Notes under the pieces: generated by a model | Databases searched by the model: none | The model's input: the letters and a program-made list of their open reading frames with translations, nothing else | Told to the model about the DNA's origin: nothing | Origin: Nitrospirota bacterium | GTDB lineage: Bacteria; Nitrospirota; UBA9217 | Reading direction: 5' to 3' | Assembly: GCA_963663225.1 (NCBI GenBank) | Contig: OY760142.1 | Coordinates: 1,248,001-1,312,000, forward strand | Length of the DNA: 64,000 nucleotides | Program-made: the position numbers and the translations under genes | Shown: one piece after another, positions 17,508 through 27,443 of the stretch | How positions within the stretch are numbered: position 1 is the stretch's first letter | Layout of the letters: every line of letters begins with the position of its first letter

Positions 17508-17918
17508 TCATGTCTGATCCTGTAAGGTTCTATCTATTCGTTTGATACAGGCCTCGAAATTATTTTTGAGTTCATGCTGCCATAGACGGATAACTTTCCA
17601 GCCCTGTGCACGAAGTCTTCGGTGGTTCCTGGTGTCCCGTTTCCGATTTTGCGATATTTTCTTTTTCCAAAAGTCCGACAGCTTGTGTTCCCATAATGGG
17701 AATCGGTATCCATGCCAGAAATCACCATCCACAAATACTATCACACGGTTCTTTTTGAATACGATATCTGGTTTGCCTGGTAAGCGCTTGTCATGCTTCC
17801 TAAACCGTAATCCTTTTTTATGAAGAGCCGTTCTCACGCGTAATTCCAAGCTGGTGTCCTTCCCCTTAATACGGGACATACAGTAGCTGCGCTGTTTTTT
17901 GGTCAGATTATCCGGCAT
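17508..17918 (-). CDS. vsr: Very short patch repair endonuclease
   Basis: D.LT..QRSYCMSRIKGKDT, LPGKPDIV, VFVDGDFWHG, FWKKKI..NRKRD, GWKVIRLW. Confidence 0.95.
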   Translation of the reverse strand: MPDNLTKKQRSYCMSRIKGKDTSLELRVRTALHKKGLRFRKHDKRLPGKPDIVFKKNRVIVFVDGDFWHGYRFPLWEHKLSDFWKKKISQNRKRDTRNHRRLRAQGWKVIRLWQHELKNNFEACIKRIDRTLQDQT

Positions 17919-20853
17919 TATCCTGTCTTTGGAACTGGCTGAATATTCGAACCATCGCCCGCTGGTTGGGTAAGTACAGGGCAGGCGGTAATGTTTTCAG
18001 AAGTTCGAAGTTCTGTGGTTCTCGCGAGCACAGCTGTTTGAAGTCGCAGTTCGCACATTTATCGGGATGCGGCCGCATCGGAAAATCAGCGTTGAGAATA
18101 CCCTGTACTGCCCATTCTATGTTCGCGAGGGCGGCATCGACGGCCTCGGACGTTATCGGTATCTCGATTCGCTTGTTGTCTTTCAAGAGATGTACACTGC
18201 CCGTCTTGGCATTCTGACCGATGACTTGATCCGCTGCGCTCGCATACAATTGAACTTGCAAGGAGAGCTCGGTCCAGTCGAGTTTGGCGTTTGTTTCGGG
18301 TGTCTCGCCGCCTTCCATCGCCTTGAAGTCGATGATCTCGGCGTCGAGGATGTTCCCGCTCTGATCTTCACGGAGCAACAAATCAATCGCGCCAGAGATC
18401 ACGCAATTTGATGCTGGTATCTCGAAAGCTACCTCAACTTGCCTTTCCCGCTCGAAGTCGGCACCGTACGAGCCCACGTAGTCCTGAGTAATTTCGACAG
18501 CCCGGTTCTTTGCTTTCTCGTACGCGCCTGGATTATTAACTGGATCGCGGCTCTCAGGAACATGCTTCAAGTGAAAAGTATTTTGTATGACCTGTTCAAT
18601 TTCGTCCGCACGAGGCGGTGCTTGGGGAAACAGTTCATGTAACTTTTGGATGGATGTATGAACCGTCTGTCCAAAACCGAACATTTCCGGAATGGCAGGA
18701 TTAAGACCATACCGTTTCCGAAATTGATAGCCCTTTGGGCACTGCAGGTAGTATTTGATTTCAGTGAAACTTGTTGGATAGTCGGCATCCTCGACTCTGC
18801 GACGAGGTGTAGTCGGAACGAGCCCTAGAGGAAGTCCTGCGGGGTCTTTAACAATCGCAGGGTGCAATGCGAACCGAAGCGCAAAGATCGATTGTGGTCT
18901 GGGTTTCTTTCCTTGCGGCAATTGTGCAGCGCCGGTTATGTAAAGATACCGTTCAGCGCGCGTGGCAGCCGTGTAGAAAAGTCTTATTTGCTCATTCTCA
19001 GTACTCTGATAAGCCCCACGGTTGACTGCCGGAGCCATGACGCCAGCTGGCAGCCATCCGGAATAGCTACTACGTTTTTTCGGGAACCGCTGAGCTTCCA
19101 CGTCCACGACGAATACACATGGAAACTCGAGTCCCTTCATTTTATGAACAGTCGATACTGTTACTGTATCCGGCCGTTGTAACAGATCATCAGTAGATAC
19201 ATCGTATCCTATTTCGGCGGCATTTTGCAAAAAATTGAGGACTTCCGAGAAGCGAAACGTAGAATCGACACTCATGTACACAGTTTCGACGTCCAAAATC
19301 ATGCGGCTGAATAGCCCTATATCCCGCATCACATCGTCGCCGAAGTTCGTCCTGGCAATATTAAACGCCTCTAACAAATCGTAAACGAGCTGTTGCGGAT
19401 AGAGCCGAATCCTCGTTGATCCTTGGGGTCGATGAATCTTACGATGCCAATCGGTAAGAATACGGATTACTGCATTAATGTCCGAGTCGGGAAACGCGGG
19501 ACGTACTTGGGCGTTGAAATGCTGCTGCACGGTGTTCCGGTCGAGAAACGTTTGCCGGAGTAGCTCAAAAGTGCCACGAAGTACTGCTATCTGCGGACGG
19601 TCAAATGGGCCGCCTCCTGATTCCAAACTATAGGGAAGTCCTAAATCACCTAAAGCTCCGGTGAACGCACTGTGCCTTGGAAAACCATTTTGTTCTGGCT
19701 CTCGTGTGGACTGCATTAATACAGCAAAATCAGCCGGGGTTAAGCCCCTGCTCTGTCCATTGTCGTTGTAGGCAGTGCCAAGTAGATCATTGATCTTTCT
19801 TGCTACCCAGTCAGCCTCGGTTGGACGGTCTGGAAACCACAGCACCCGAGTATCCTGAGGTGCGATATTAGCAACCGCGGATGGGTTCTTTGGAAACCGG
19901 CTCGGCCCCAGCATTGCCACTGCAAATGCATCCGATGCCTGCACGATCGGCTCAGTACTTCGAAAATTTTCGGACAATGTATGTACACTACAGCTCGGAT
20001 ACCGTTGCTGAAATCCTAGTATGTTTGTAACATCCGCCCCACGCCAAGCATATATAGACTGATCGTCGTCCCCGACTACAAAGAGGGTCTGAGAGCGACT
20101 GTGCAGAAGTCGGATTAGCTCTTCTTGACAAGGATTGACATCTTGGTATTCGTCTACCATGAGATGCCGCAGCAGGCCGACCCCTTTTTCAACACCCCGT
20201 GAATTGCTACGGATCGCCTCAACCACGTTTCTGATCATGAGGGAAAAATCGATATATTGGTCCGCCCGGAGTCCATCCCGAATGGCTGTAAGTAACTCAC
20301 CTATCTCCGCGTCCTCTGCAGCGATTGCATTGAAGTCTAATAGCTCATCATTCGCGGTTTTCCATGCATCAGACGCCTGTTTGATCGTGTCGAAGTAGCT
20401 ACCCTCTTTATTTGGCCCTGCTCCTTTTGCTCGTCTGCGTAGCGGTTTAAGTTTTAATGCGCCGAATCGTGAGATCATGTACAGCTTCAGACGGTTCTCG
20501 TCCAAGACATCGAACTGACGATACGTTGCATCCATGTCGCCTAAGACTCTTTGGCAGTAAGCATGAATTGTCCCGATGAACATCGCACCCATGACCGTTG
20601 GGTCGATCCCTGCCTTAGTTAGGGCTTGAGAAACGCGCCGCTTGATTGTTTCTGCCGCCTTTTCAGTAAATGTGAAGGCTACGATGCTATCAGGAGACTG
20701 TCCCTCGGCTAAGAGCCTCGCTATCCTATATGCCAGCGTTCTTGACTTCCCTGATCCTGCGCAAGCCAGACACAATACTTCTCTCACAGGATCAACTGCT
20801 GCGTCATATTGCTCTGGTGTAAGTTCCGCTCTCAATACCTGATCGATGTCCAT
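17908..20853 (-). CDS. UvrD/PcrA-family SF1 helicase fused to C-terminal PD-(D/E)XK (RecB/AddB-like) nuclease
   Basis: AGSGKS, FTFTEKAA, VDEYQD, VGDDDQSIYAWRGA, NFRS, TVHKMKGLEF, RLFYTAATRA; nuclease YLQCP, GAIDLL, IIDFK, QVQLYA, CANCDFKQLC. Confidence 0.92.
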   Translation of the reverse strand: MDIDQVLRAELTPEQYDAAVDPVREVLCLACAGSGKSRTLAYRIARLLAEGQSPDSIVAFTFTEKAAETIKRRVSQALTKAGIDPTVMGAMFIGTIHAYCQRVLGDMDATYRQFDVLDENRLKLYMISRFGALKLKPLRRRAKGAGPNKEGSYFDTIKQASDAWKTANDELLDFNAIAAEDAEIGELLTAIRDGLRADQYIDFSLMIRNVVEAIRSNSRGVEKGVGLLRHLMVDEYQDVNPCQEELIRLLHSRSQTLFVVGDDDQSIYAWRGADVTNILGFQQRYPSCSVHTLSENFRSTEPIVQASDAFAVAMLGPSRFPKNPSAVANIAPQDTRVLWFPDRPTEADWVARKINDLLGTAYNDNGQSRGLTPADFAVLMQSTREPEQNGFPRHSAFTGALGDLGLPYSLESGGGPFDRPQIAVLRGTFELLRQTFLDRNTVQQHFNAQVRPAFPDSDINAVIRILTDWHRKIHRPQGSTRIRLYPQQLVYDLLEAFNIARTNFGDDVMRDIGLFSRMILDVETVYMSVDSTFRFSEVLNFLQNAAEIGYDVSTDDLLQRPDTVTVSTVHKMKGLEFPCVFVVDVEAQRFPKKRSSYSGWLPAGVMAPAVNRGAYQSTENEQIRLFYTAATRAERYLYITGAAQLPQGKKPRPQSIFALRFALHPAIVKDPAGLPLGLVPTTPRRRVEDADYPTSFTEIKYYLQCPKGYQFRKRYGLNPAIPEMFGFGQTVHTSIQKLHELFPQAPPRADEIEQVIQNTFHLKHVPESRDPVNNPGAYEKAKNRAVEITQDYVGSYGADFERERQVEVAFEIPASNCVISGAIDLLLREDQSGNILDAEIIDFKAMEGGETPETNAKLDWTELSLQVQLYASAADQVIGQNAKTGSVHLLKDNKRIEIPITSEAVDAALANIEWAVQGILNADFPMRPHPDKCANCDFKQLCSREPQNFELLKTLPPALYLPNQRAMVRIFSQFQRQDNAG

Positions 20854-20877
20854 TGCGTTCTGACCTCATGCTGTTAC

Positions 20878-21930
20878 TTATACTCTGTTAACATTCAGCA
20901 AGCCGCGTCTAATACATCTTCCATGAGCAGCAATCATCGGAGGTGGCAAGGCATTCCCTATCATCAATGCCACCGCTGATTTGCTCTCTGCTATTGGGAA
21001 TTTGTATCGGGATGGGAATCCCTGTAGAAGTGCAGCTTCGCGCATTGTGATCGCTCTATTCTCTTTTGGGTGAATGAAGCGACCCTTTGATGGATTGAAG
21101 CATCCGCTGGTGATCGTGGGGGCGACATCGTCCCAGGCCATGCGCCCGTAGACGTCCTTGAACCCAGAACATCGCTTATGACATTTTAGTTGAAATCTCT
21201 TCGGTAAATCCGTGCGGCTTCCGCCGTTTCTCGGTACTCGCCGTATAATATCCATAACCCTAGGCGTACGATGCTCCGGCATATCGTGCAGGCGGTCTCC
21301 ACTTTTACCCGCAGCCGGTAGCTTCCCGATAGCATCCCTGACTGTCCGCAGTCTGTTAGTTTTCGCTGCGAAGGGTATCTCAACGCCCATACCGGCAAGA
21401 TAAATCAACCTGCGTCTTCGCTGCGGGACACGGTAATCCTTGGCATTCAGGACACGGTGGCCCCCGAAATATCCGAGTTTCTTCATTGCTCTACTAAATG
21501 TAGCAAACCGTTTATCATCACCAAGGCCAGGTACATTTTCCAGCATTATAGCTCGTGGACGGAGGATCTCTACGAACCGTTGAAATTCAAGTAATAGGTC
21601 ATTCCGCGAATCAATGATCTTGAGCGCTCCATTGAGTGTCCTCAATGTAGAGAAACCTTGACAAGGCGGGCATCCAGCCAGGAGGTCCAGCTCTCCCTTT
21701 TTCAGTCCGAGATCAGCGAGTAAGCGTCTCGGGCTAAGTCGCCTGATGTCCTTTTCCCACACCATGACATTGCGATGATTTGCCTTATAGGTCATCATGG
21801 CAAGAGGATCGATATCAACAGCACCCAACACGCGAAAGCCAGCATTTTTGAGTCCGACCGTAGTTCCACCGCACCCGCAGAAAAGGTCAATAGCCGACAG
21901 TTTTTTCTTATTTGCTTTCTTGCTCTTCAT
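20878..21930 (-). CDS. dcm: DNA (cytosine-5)-methyltransferase
   Basis: Motif I DLFCGCGG, IV PPCQGFS, VI ENV, VIII PQRRRR, IX REAALLQGFP, X GNALPP. Confidence 0.95.
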   Translation of the reverse strand: MKSKKANKKKLSAIDLFCGCGGTTVGLKNAGFRVLGAVDIDPLAMMTYKANHRNVMVWEKDIRRLSPRRLLADLGLKKGELDLLAGCPPCQGFSTLRTLNGALKIIDSRNDLLLEFQRFVEILRPRAIMLENVPGLGDDKRFATFSRAMKKLGYFGGHRVLNAKDYRVPQRRRRLIYLAGMGVEIPFAAKTNRLRTVRDAIGKLPAAGKSGDRLHDMPEHRTPRVMDIIRRVPRNGGSRTDLPKRFQLKCHKRCSGFKDVYGRMAWDDVAPTITSGCFNPSKGRFIHPKENRAITMREAALLQGFPSRYKFPIAESKSAVALMIGNALPPPMIAAHGRCIRRGLLNVNRV

Positions 21931-22073
21931 CTTTTTGCAATAATGGGTAGGATATGTACGATGTGATGGGAAAATCTTCAAAGGTGAAGTTCCTCCCAGA
22001 TGTGATGAGAATACTATGCTTTTGCGAAAGAAGCAAGGACTTTTTCTTAATATTTAAGTTGGTTTTCCGCCTG

Positions 22074-22089
22074 TAAGCACTAGTGCTTA
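22074..22089. promoter_or_regulatory. Perfect 16-bp palindrome, putative operator
   Basis: TAAGCACTAGTGCTTA between divergent genes, just upstream of TTGATT-18-TATAAT (22104-22133). Confidence 0.5.
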
Positions 22090-22190
22090 ATCAAAACAAG
22101 AACTTGATTGAAATGTGAAAACAAGGGTATAATCTTTTGGCAGTTTAACATCATGCTGCAAGTTTTCAGCGTTTACAGGGAGGGCCTATT

Positions 22191-23519
22191 TTGGGTTATC
22201 TTTGGCTGAACATCAAACATAAAGTGCTGACGGTTTCAGCGCTCTTAATCCTGCTGGTGATGATGCTATCCGGATGCGGCGCCGCGACCGATTACCTCGC
22301 CTTCATGGGGCGACATAAATCCCTGGAATCTTCATTTCAATCTCATCCCAGTCTGGAAGCAAGACGGGAACTGTATCCGGAAGATTGCTTCTACCTGAGC
22401 GGCAGGATTCTGATGAACCGCCCGTACAACGGCCCGGTGCTGATTGTCGCGGTCTCCGACCGGTATGCGCAGCGCGAAATTGTCGCTACCCGCATACTTC
22501 GAAGCCCTGCCACGTTTTACTCGCTCTTCCTGCCGGAAGGGGAGTACGATCTTCTGGCCTTTGTCGATCTGAACAATAACAATTATTTTGAATCTCAGGA
22601 AATGATCGGCTGGACACCGATGGGGAAGCGGGCAACTGTCAATCGCTCATTGACCGTTGACGGCATCACGGTGGTCGGCCCGGAAGTCAAGCTCGATTTC
22701 AACGTCACCAAAAAAGCGGAGATTCCGGTTAATACGAAGGTGACGGTGAACAGCTACAAATATACTTCCCTTGATGATGATTTCTTCGATTCCCGGTACG
22801 GCACCATGGGAGTCTACCGTCCCACGCAGCTGCTGACCCATACCCAAGGGTCGATATTTTCCCTGGAAGAATATGATGCCAAGAAAACAGTTGTTCTGTT
22901 TGTGCACGGCATGGAAGGAACGCCGCAGGACTGGAAGTATATGGTGGACGGTCTGGACCGAAGCCGCTTTCAGCCCTGGTTTTACTACTACCCGTCCGGC
23001 CTGCCCCTGGCGCAGCTCGAATCTCATCTGGCCAATTCCATCATCGAAAGGAACACCAGACACACTATTAACCGGTTGATCATTGTCGCGCACAGCATGG
23101 GCGGCCTCGTGGCGCGGTCGGCCATCGACACGCTGAGCAAGCGTGACAAGCCGTCGTATTTGAAGATGTATATTTCGATGTCGTCGCCATACGGCGGCGT
23201 GGAGGACGCGAACAGCGGCCTCAAATCGGCGCCTGTTGTGGTCCCCTCCTGGCGCGATGTAGCGACAGAGAGCGTGTTTTTGACGCAGCTGTACCAACAG
23301 GAAACTCCACAGAACCTCCCCTTTTACATGTTTTTCAGTTATCGAAACCGGTCCGGGGCCAGCGGCGACGGGGTGATTGCCCTGAAGAGCCAGCTTGATT
23401 CACGGATACACATGAAGGCAATAAAGACATACGGATTCGATACGACCCATGTCGGGATTCTGAATGATGAAGCAGTGAGGCGGGAGTTTTACCGGCTTTT
23501 GGAGACGGTCCACCCGTGA
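22191..23519 (+). CDS. Lipoprotein with C-terminal alpha/beta hydrolase (esterase/lipase) domain
   Basis: Lipobox MLSGC; VLFVHG, nucleophile elbow AHSMGGLV, SSPYGG, DGVI, H near the C-terminus. Confidence 0.82.
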   Translation: MGYLWLNIKHKVLTVSALLILLVMMLSGCGAATDYLAFMGRHKSLESSFQSHPSLEARRELYPEDCFYLSGRILMNRPYNGPVLIVAVSDRYAQREIVATRILRSPATFYSLFLPEGEYDLLAFVDLNNNNYFESQEMIGWTPMGKRATVNRSLTVDGITVVGPEVKLDFNVTKKAEIPVNTKVTVNSYKYTSLDDDFFDSRYGTMGVYRPTQLLTHTQGSIFSLEEYDAKKTVVLFVHGMEGTPQDWKYMVDGLDRSRFQPWFYYYPSGLPLAQLESHLANSIIERNTRHTINRLIIVAHSMGGLVARSAIDTLSKRDKPSYLKMYISMSSPYGGVEDANSGLKSAPVVVPSWRDVATESVFLTQLYQQETPQNLPFYMFFSYRNRSGASGDGVIALKSQLDSRIHMKAIKTYGFDTTHVGILNDEAVRREFYRLLETVHP

Positions 23520-23550
23520 CAAAACAGGGACAACGAGCGAGGAGCGGAAA

Positions 23551-24693
23551 ATGAAAAAAATATTCTGCGTTCTGGTGCTGCTTCTGAGCGTGCATGCCGG
23601 ATGGGCGGCGGAACCGCTGCGGATAGGCTTTATCGGCCCGATGACCGGCAGCTTTGCGGACGCAAGCAAGGAAGCAACGCAGGTGCTGACGCTGCTTGCT
23701 GCGGACATCAACGACCAGGGCGGGCCAGTCGGACGGAAGATTGAATTATTCTTCGAAGACGACGGCGGCAGCCCGGAGGCGGCGCTGGCAGCGGCGAAAA
23801 AGCTGCTCCTCCGGAATCCCGTTGCCGTCATCGGCACCCAGACATCGACCATTACGGAAGCCCTGCAACCTGTCTTCAACGACCGAGGAATCATCCATAT
23901 ATCGCATGCCGCCACGGCGATGCCGCTGACGGAAAAAGGGTATAAATATTTTTTCCGCACCTGCCCCCAGAACAACGACCAGGCAAAGGCAGTGATAAAG
24001 AGCATCCGGAAAATGAACATTAAAAAGGCGGCCCTGATTCACGACGGCAGCCTCTATGGACAGGACCTGGCCGACGCGGTGCGCAAGGAGCTGTTCAACT
24101 GGATGATCGATGTTGTGTATGACGGGCAGCTGAAAGCCGGTCCGCCGGATTATCTTTCGCTCGTGGAGCAAGTGAAGGCAGCAGGCCCGGAACTGGTCTT
24201 TTTTGCGGGCTATTATCCCGAAGCCGCGAAGCTCCTGTCGGCCCGCAGCCGGCTGAATTGGACAGTGCCGTTCATGAGCGGGGACGGGGCAAACAACAGC
24301 GACCTTGTCGAAATCGCCGGGGAAAAAGCCGCGGCGGGTTTTTATTTCATCAGCCATCCGGCGCCGGAAGACCTTGCTTCTCCGAGGACAAAAACGTTTC
24401 TCGACCGCTACCAAAAAACCTACGGCACAAAGCTTTCCTCGATTTTCGCCCTCTTTGCCGGCGATGCCTTGATCGCCGTTCTGGAAGGCGTCACGAAAGT
24501 GCAGTCAACAGACCCGGACCAGATTTCGGATTATCTGCATCGCAGTTATTTTAATACCGGCGCGCTCACGGGCAAGCAGTACTTCAATTATAAAGGCGAC
24601 GTGATGAATGACCTGCACGGTTTATACCGGGTGGACAATGAAGGCCGTTTTGTTCTTCAAACCGTTCATGCCGGCGGGCAAGCCGGCCGATAG
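23551..24693 (+). CDS. Branched-chain amino acid ABC-type substrate-binding protein (LivJ/K family)
   Basis: Signal peptide; IGFIGPMTG, GRKIELFFEDD, YFFRT, YGQDLAD, FFAGYYPEA. No permease genes adjacent. Confidence 0.88.
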   Translation: MKKIFCVLVLLLSVHAGWAAEPLRIGFIGPMTGSFADASKEATQVLTLLAADINDQGGPVGRKIELFFEDDGGSPEAALAAAKKLLLRNPVAVIGTQTSTITEALQPVFNDRGIIHISHAATAMPLTEKGYKYFFRTCPQNNDQAKAVIKSIRKMNIKKAALIHDGSLYGQDLADAVRKELFNWMIDVVYDGQLKAGPPDYLSLVEQVKAAGPELVFFAGYYPEAAKLLSARSRLNWTVPFMSGDGANNSDLVEIAGEKAAAGFYFISHPAPEDLASPRTKTFLDRYQKTYGTKLSSIFALFAGDALIAVLEGVTKVQSTDPDQISDYLHRSYFNTGALTGKQYFNYKGDVMNDLHGLYRVDNEGRFVLQTVHAGGQAGR

Positions 24694-24744
24694 CCGCGTG
24701 CGGCGCGTCCGGGTTTCGCGGATGAACAAGTGGAATTTGGAAAA

Positions 24745-25488
24745 ATGATCGTCAAAGAGGTCAAGGCAAAGGGCATCCTGTCAAAATCAAAGATCAATGA
24801 TTACGCCTTGAATGCCTATATCGGCTGTGAGCATGCGTGCACGTACTGCTACGCGCGGTTTATGAAGCGGTACACAGGGCACACGGAAGCCTGGGGAGAT
24901 TTTGTAGACGTAAAAATAAATGCCCCGGACCTGCTGACGAAAGAGGTAAAAACCAAGAAACCGGGAACTGTATGGATAAGCGGCGTCTGCGACGCCTACC
25001 AGCCCCTGGAAGAAAAATATCAACTTACGAGAAGATGCCTTGAAATCCTCGTTGAAAACCACTGGCCCATTGTCGTGCAGACCAAATCCCCTCTGGTGTG
25101 CAGGGACATCGACATCCTGAAGAAATCCGGCGATTGCGAAGTCGGATTTTCCATTGCCACGGCGGACGAAGCAATACGAAAGGTTTTTGAACCCCGGGCT
25201 CCGTTGATACAGAAAAGAGTGGAGGCATTGGCCGCGCTTCGCCGGGAAGGGATCACTACGTTTGTGATGATCGCACCGATGCTGCCCGGTGTTGAAGCCC
25301 TGCCTGAGATGTTGAAAGGACACGTGACGTCCGTGCTTGTTGACAAGATGAATTACCATTACGCGGACTGGGTGTATAAAAAGCAGGGGCTGCAAAAAAC
25401 GATGCAGAGAGAGTTCTACCGCCTGAAAAGCGAGGAGCTGAGAATACAGTTTGAAAAGGCCGGCATTCCCTGCCGGATATTCGGCTGA
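24745..25488 (+). CDS. Radical SAM protein, SPL-like family
   Basis: NAYIGCEHACTYCYA, VKINAP, DAYQPLE, QTKSPL.RDID. Confidence 0.88.
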   Translation: MIVKEVKAKGILSKSKINDYALNAYIGCEHACTYCYARFMKRYTGHTEAWGDFVDVKINAPDLLTKEVKTKKPGTVWISGVCDAYQPLEEKYQLTRRCLEILVENHWPIVVQTKSPLVCRDIDILKKSGDCEVGFSIATADEAIRKVFEPRAPLIQKRVEALAALRREGITTFVMIAPMLPGVEALPEMLKGHVTSVLVDKMNYHYADWVYKKQGLQKTMQREFYRLKSEELRIQFEKAGIPCRIFG

Positions 25489-25581
25489 TTGCTCTCGATC
25501 AAGGTATTATTCTGCGCGGTTTACGAGCGATAGTGGGAAAAAGCAGATTACGCCAGTGCGCGATATGCCTGCATAAACAAC

Positions 25582-25611
25582 AAAAGGGCTGCCCGGAACC
25601 GGACAGCCCTT
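25582..25611 (-). terminator. Rho-independent terminator downstream of dksA (possibly bidirectional)
   Basis: AAAGGGCTG..CAGCCCTTT stem-loop between convergent genes. Confidence 0.7.
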
Positions 25612-25639
25612 TGCTTAGAAAGATATGATGAAGCAGCAC

Positions 25640-26008
25640 TTACCCTGCCTGGATTTTTTCTTCCTCTTCCTGGCGGGTCTTGCATTCGATGCAGAGCGTT
25701 GTCACGGGACGCGCTTCGAGCCGCTTGACGCCGATTTCTCCGCCGCAGGACTCGCAGACACCGTACGTTCCGTCGTCGATGCGCGCAATGGCCTCATCGA
25801 TTTTTTTGAGCAGCTTCTGCTCCCGGCCGCGCAGCCGCAGCAGGAAATTGTTGTCGAGTTCCGCCACTGCCTGGTCCGTTGGATCGGGAAAACTCTCTTT
25901 TTCGGTGCTGATTTTCGTATTGAGGGTCTGGCCCGCTTCAGCCAAAAGATCCTGCCGCTGTTTAAGGAGTTTCTTTTTGATCATTTGCAGCTTTGAATCA
26001 GTTACCAT
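25640..26008 (-). CDS. dksA: RNA polymerase-binding transcription factor DksA
   Basis: DPTDQA coiled-coil tip, YGVCESCG, RLEARP, LCIECK zinc finger; promoter TTGACT-17-TATAGT at 26075-26047. Confidence 0.93.
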   Translation of the reverse strand: MVTDSKLQMIKKKLLKQRQDLLAEAGQTLNTKISTEKESFPDPTDQAVAELDNNFLLRLRGREQKLLKKIDEAIARIDDGTYGVCESCGGEIGVKRLEARPVTTLCIECKTRQEEEEKIQAG

Positions 26009-26159
26009 TTCGCAACCCCTTCTTTACAGATAAAATACAAAGTGCTACTATACCAAAAAAAAACGAATGAGTCAATTGCTAAAAACAACAGAGTGAACAC
26101 CATGGTTTGCTGTTACAATTTGACAAAGAACCCTGTTCCCGATATCATAAAATTAACGT

Positions 26160-27389
26160 ATGAAAAATGAAAAGCAAAAACTCGCGAAAATCATAAGGTT
26201 AGGCGCTGAAATCACGGAGATCAAGGATGTCGATGTGCTTTTGGAGCGCATTCTTCGCGAGGCGCGGCAGCTGGTGAACGCCGACGCAGGCTCCATCTAT
26301 ATAAAGGAAGACAATTCCCTGAAATTCAGCTATACCCAGAATGACACGCTGCAGAAGAAGCTCCCCCCGGGGAAAAAGCTGATCTATTCCACGTTTTCGA
26401 TACCGATCAACAATCAATCCATTGCCGGATATGTGGCAAACACCGGGGAAGTCTTAAATATCGCGGATGTGTACAAACTGGAACCCGGGCTTCCGTTCAC
26501 GTTTAACAAGTCCTATGACGGCCTTTCGGGCTACCGCACGCAATCGATGCTGACGTTTCCGCTCAGAACCAATCAGGGCGTTACCGTCGGCGTGCTTCAG
26601 CTGATCAACGGCAAAAGCGAAAAAGGAAGAATCATTTCGTTCAAGAAAAAAGACCAGCTCACCCTGCTCTATTTTGCCAACATGGCGGCCGTTGCCATCG
26701 AGCGGGCGCTCATGACGCGCACGATGATTCTGCGCACCATCAAGATGGCGGAGCTGCGGGACCCCAAGGAAACCGGCGCGCATGTAAACCGCGTTGCCGC
26801 CTATGCGGTGGCCATTTACGAGGCGTGGGCGATGAAACGGAAGGTGCCGCTTGCGGAGGTCGAAAAAAACCGTGACATTCTGCGCATGGCCGCCATGCTC
26901 CACGATGTGGGAAAGGTCGCAATTTCAGACACTATCCTCAAAAAGCCTGCCCGTCTGAGCGATGAAGAGCGCAAAATCATGATGCAGCACGCGTGCGCGG
27001 GCGCGAAGCTCTTTCAGGAGCGGTATTCAGAGTTCGATGAGGCAGCCGCAGTCGTGGCCCTGAACCATCACGAAAAATGGGACGGGACCGGCTATCCGGG
27101 ACACGTGAACCCGTGTGATGGATCCGTCATCTGCGGGTATGAGAACCATGACGGATCGCCGAGGCCGAAGAAAGGGGAAGAAATCCCGCTGTTCGCGAGG
27201 CTTGTCGCGCTGGCCGATGTGTACGATGCGCTCAAGTCGCACAGGGTTTACAAGGAAGAATGGGACGAGACGCGCATTCTTGATGAGGTAAAAACCCACA
27301 GCGGAACGCAGTTCGATCCGGAAGTCGTTGAAATGTTTTTTACCTGCATAGAGACAATCCACAATATTACCGAGCGGTATCCTGATTAA
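26160..27389 (+). CDS. GAF + HD-GYP domain c-di-GMP phosphodiesterase
   Basis: GAF domain (ADAGSIY, GYRTQSML, GVLQLIN); ETGAHVNRV, LHDVGK, HHEKWDGTGYP, ADVYDAL; promoter TTGACA-17-TATCAT at 26120-26148. Confidence 0.92.
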   Translation: MKNEKQKLAKIIRLGAEITEIKDVDVLLERILREARQLVNADAGSIYIKEDNSLKFSYTQNDTLQKKLPPGKKLIYSTFSIPINNQSIAGYVANTGEVLNIADVYKLEPGLPFTFNKSYDGLSGYRTQSMLTFPLRTNQGVTVGVLQLINGKSEKGRIISFKKKDQLTLLYFANMAAVAIERALMTRTMILRTIKMAELRDPKETGAHVNRVAAYAVAIYEAWAMKRKVPLAEVEKNRDILRMAAMLHDVGKVAISDTILKKPARLSDEERKIMMQHACAGAKLFQERYSEFDEAAAVVALNHHEKWDGTGYPGHVNPCDGSVICGYENHDGSPRPKKGEEIPLFARLVALADVYDALKSHRVYKEEWDETRILDEVKTHSGTQFDPEVVEMFFTCIETIHNITERYPD

Positions 27390-27443
27390 AAACCCGAACA
27401 AAATCCAGCGTAAAGGCGATAGCGGCCTGATTCCCATACTCTC

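Noticed and set aside
17908-20853. Housekeeping AddA/PcrA repair helicase
   Set aside because: No addB/recB partner, atypical composition, and it is embedded between dcm and vsr in a variable region.
4540-25600. attR duplicate of the tRNA-Val 3' end
   Set aside because: I could not find a second TTCAATCCCAGTAGCGCCCACCA by eye; a blastn search would be needed to exclude a short degenerate copy.
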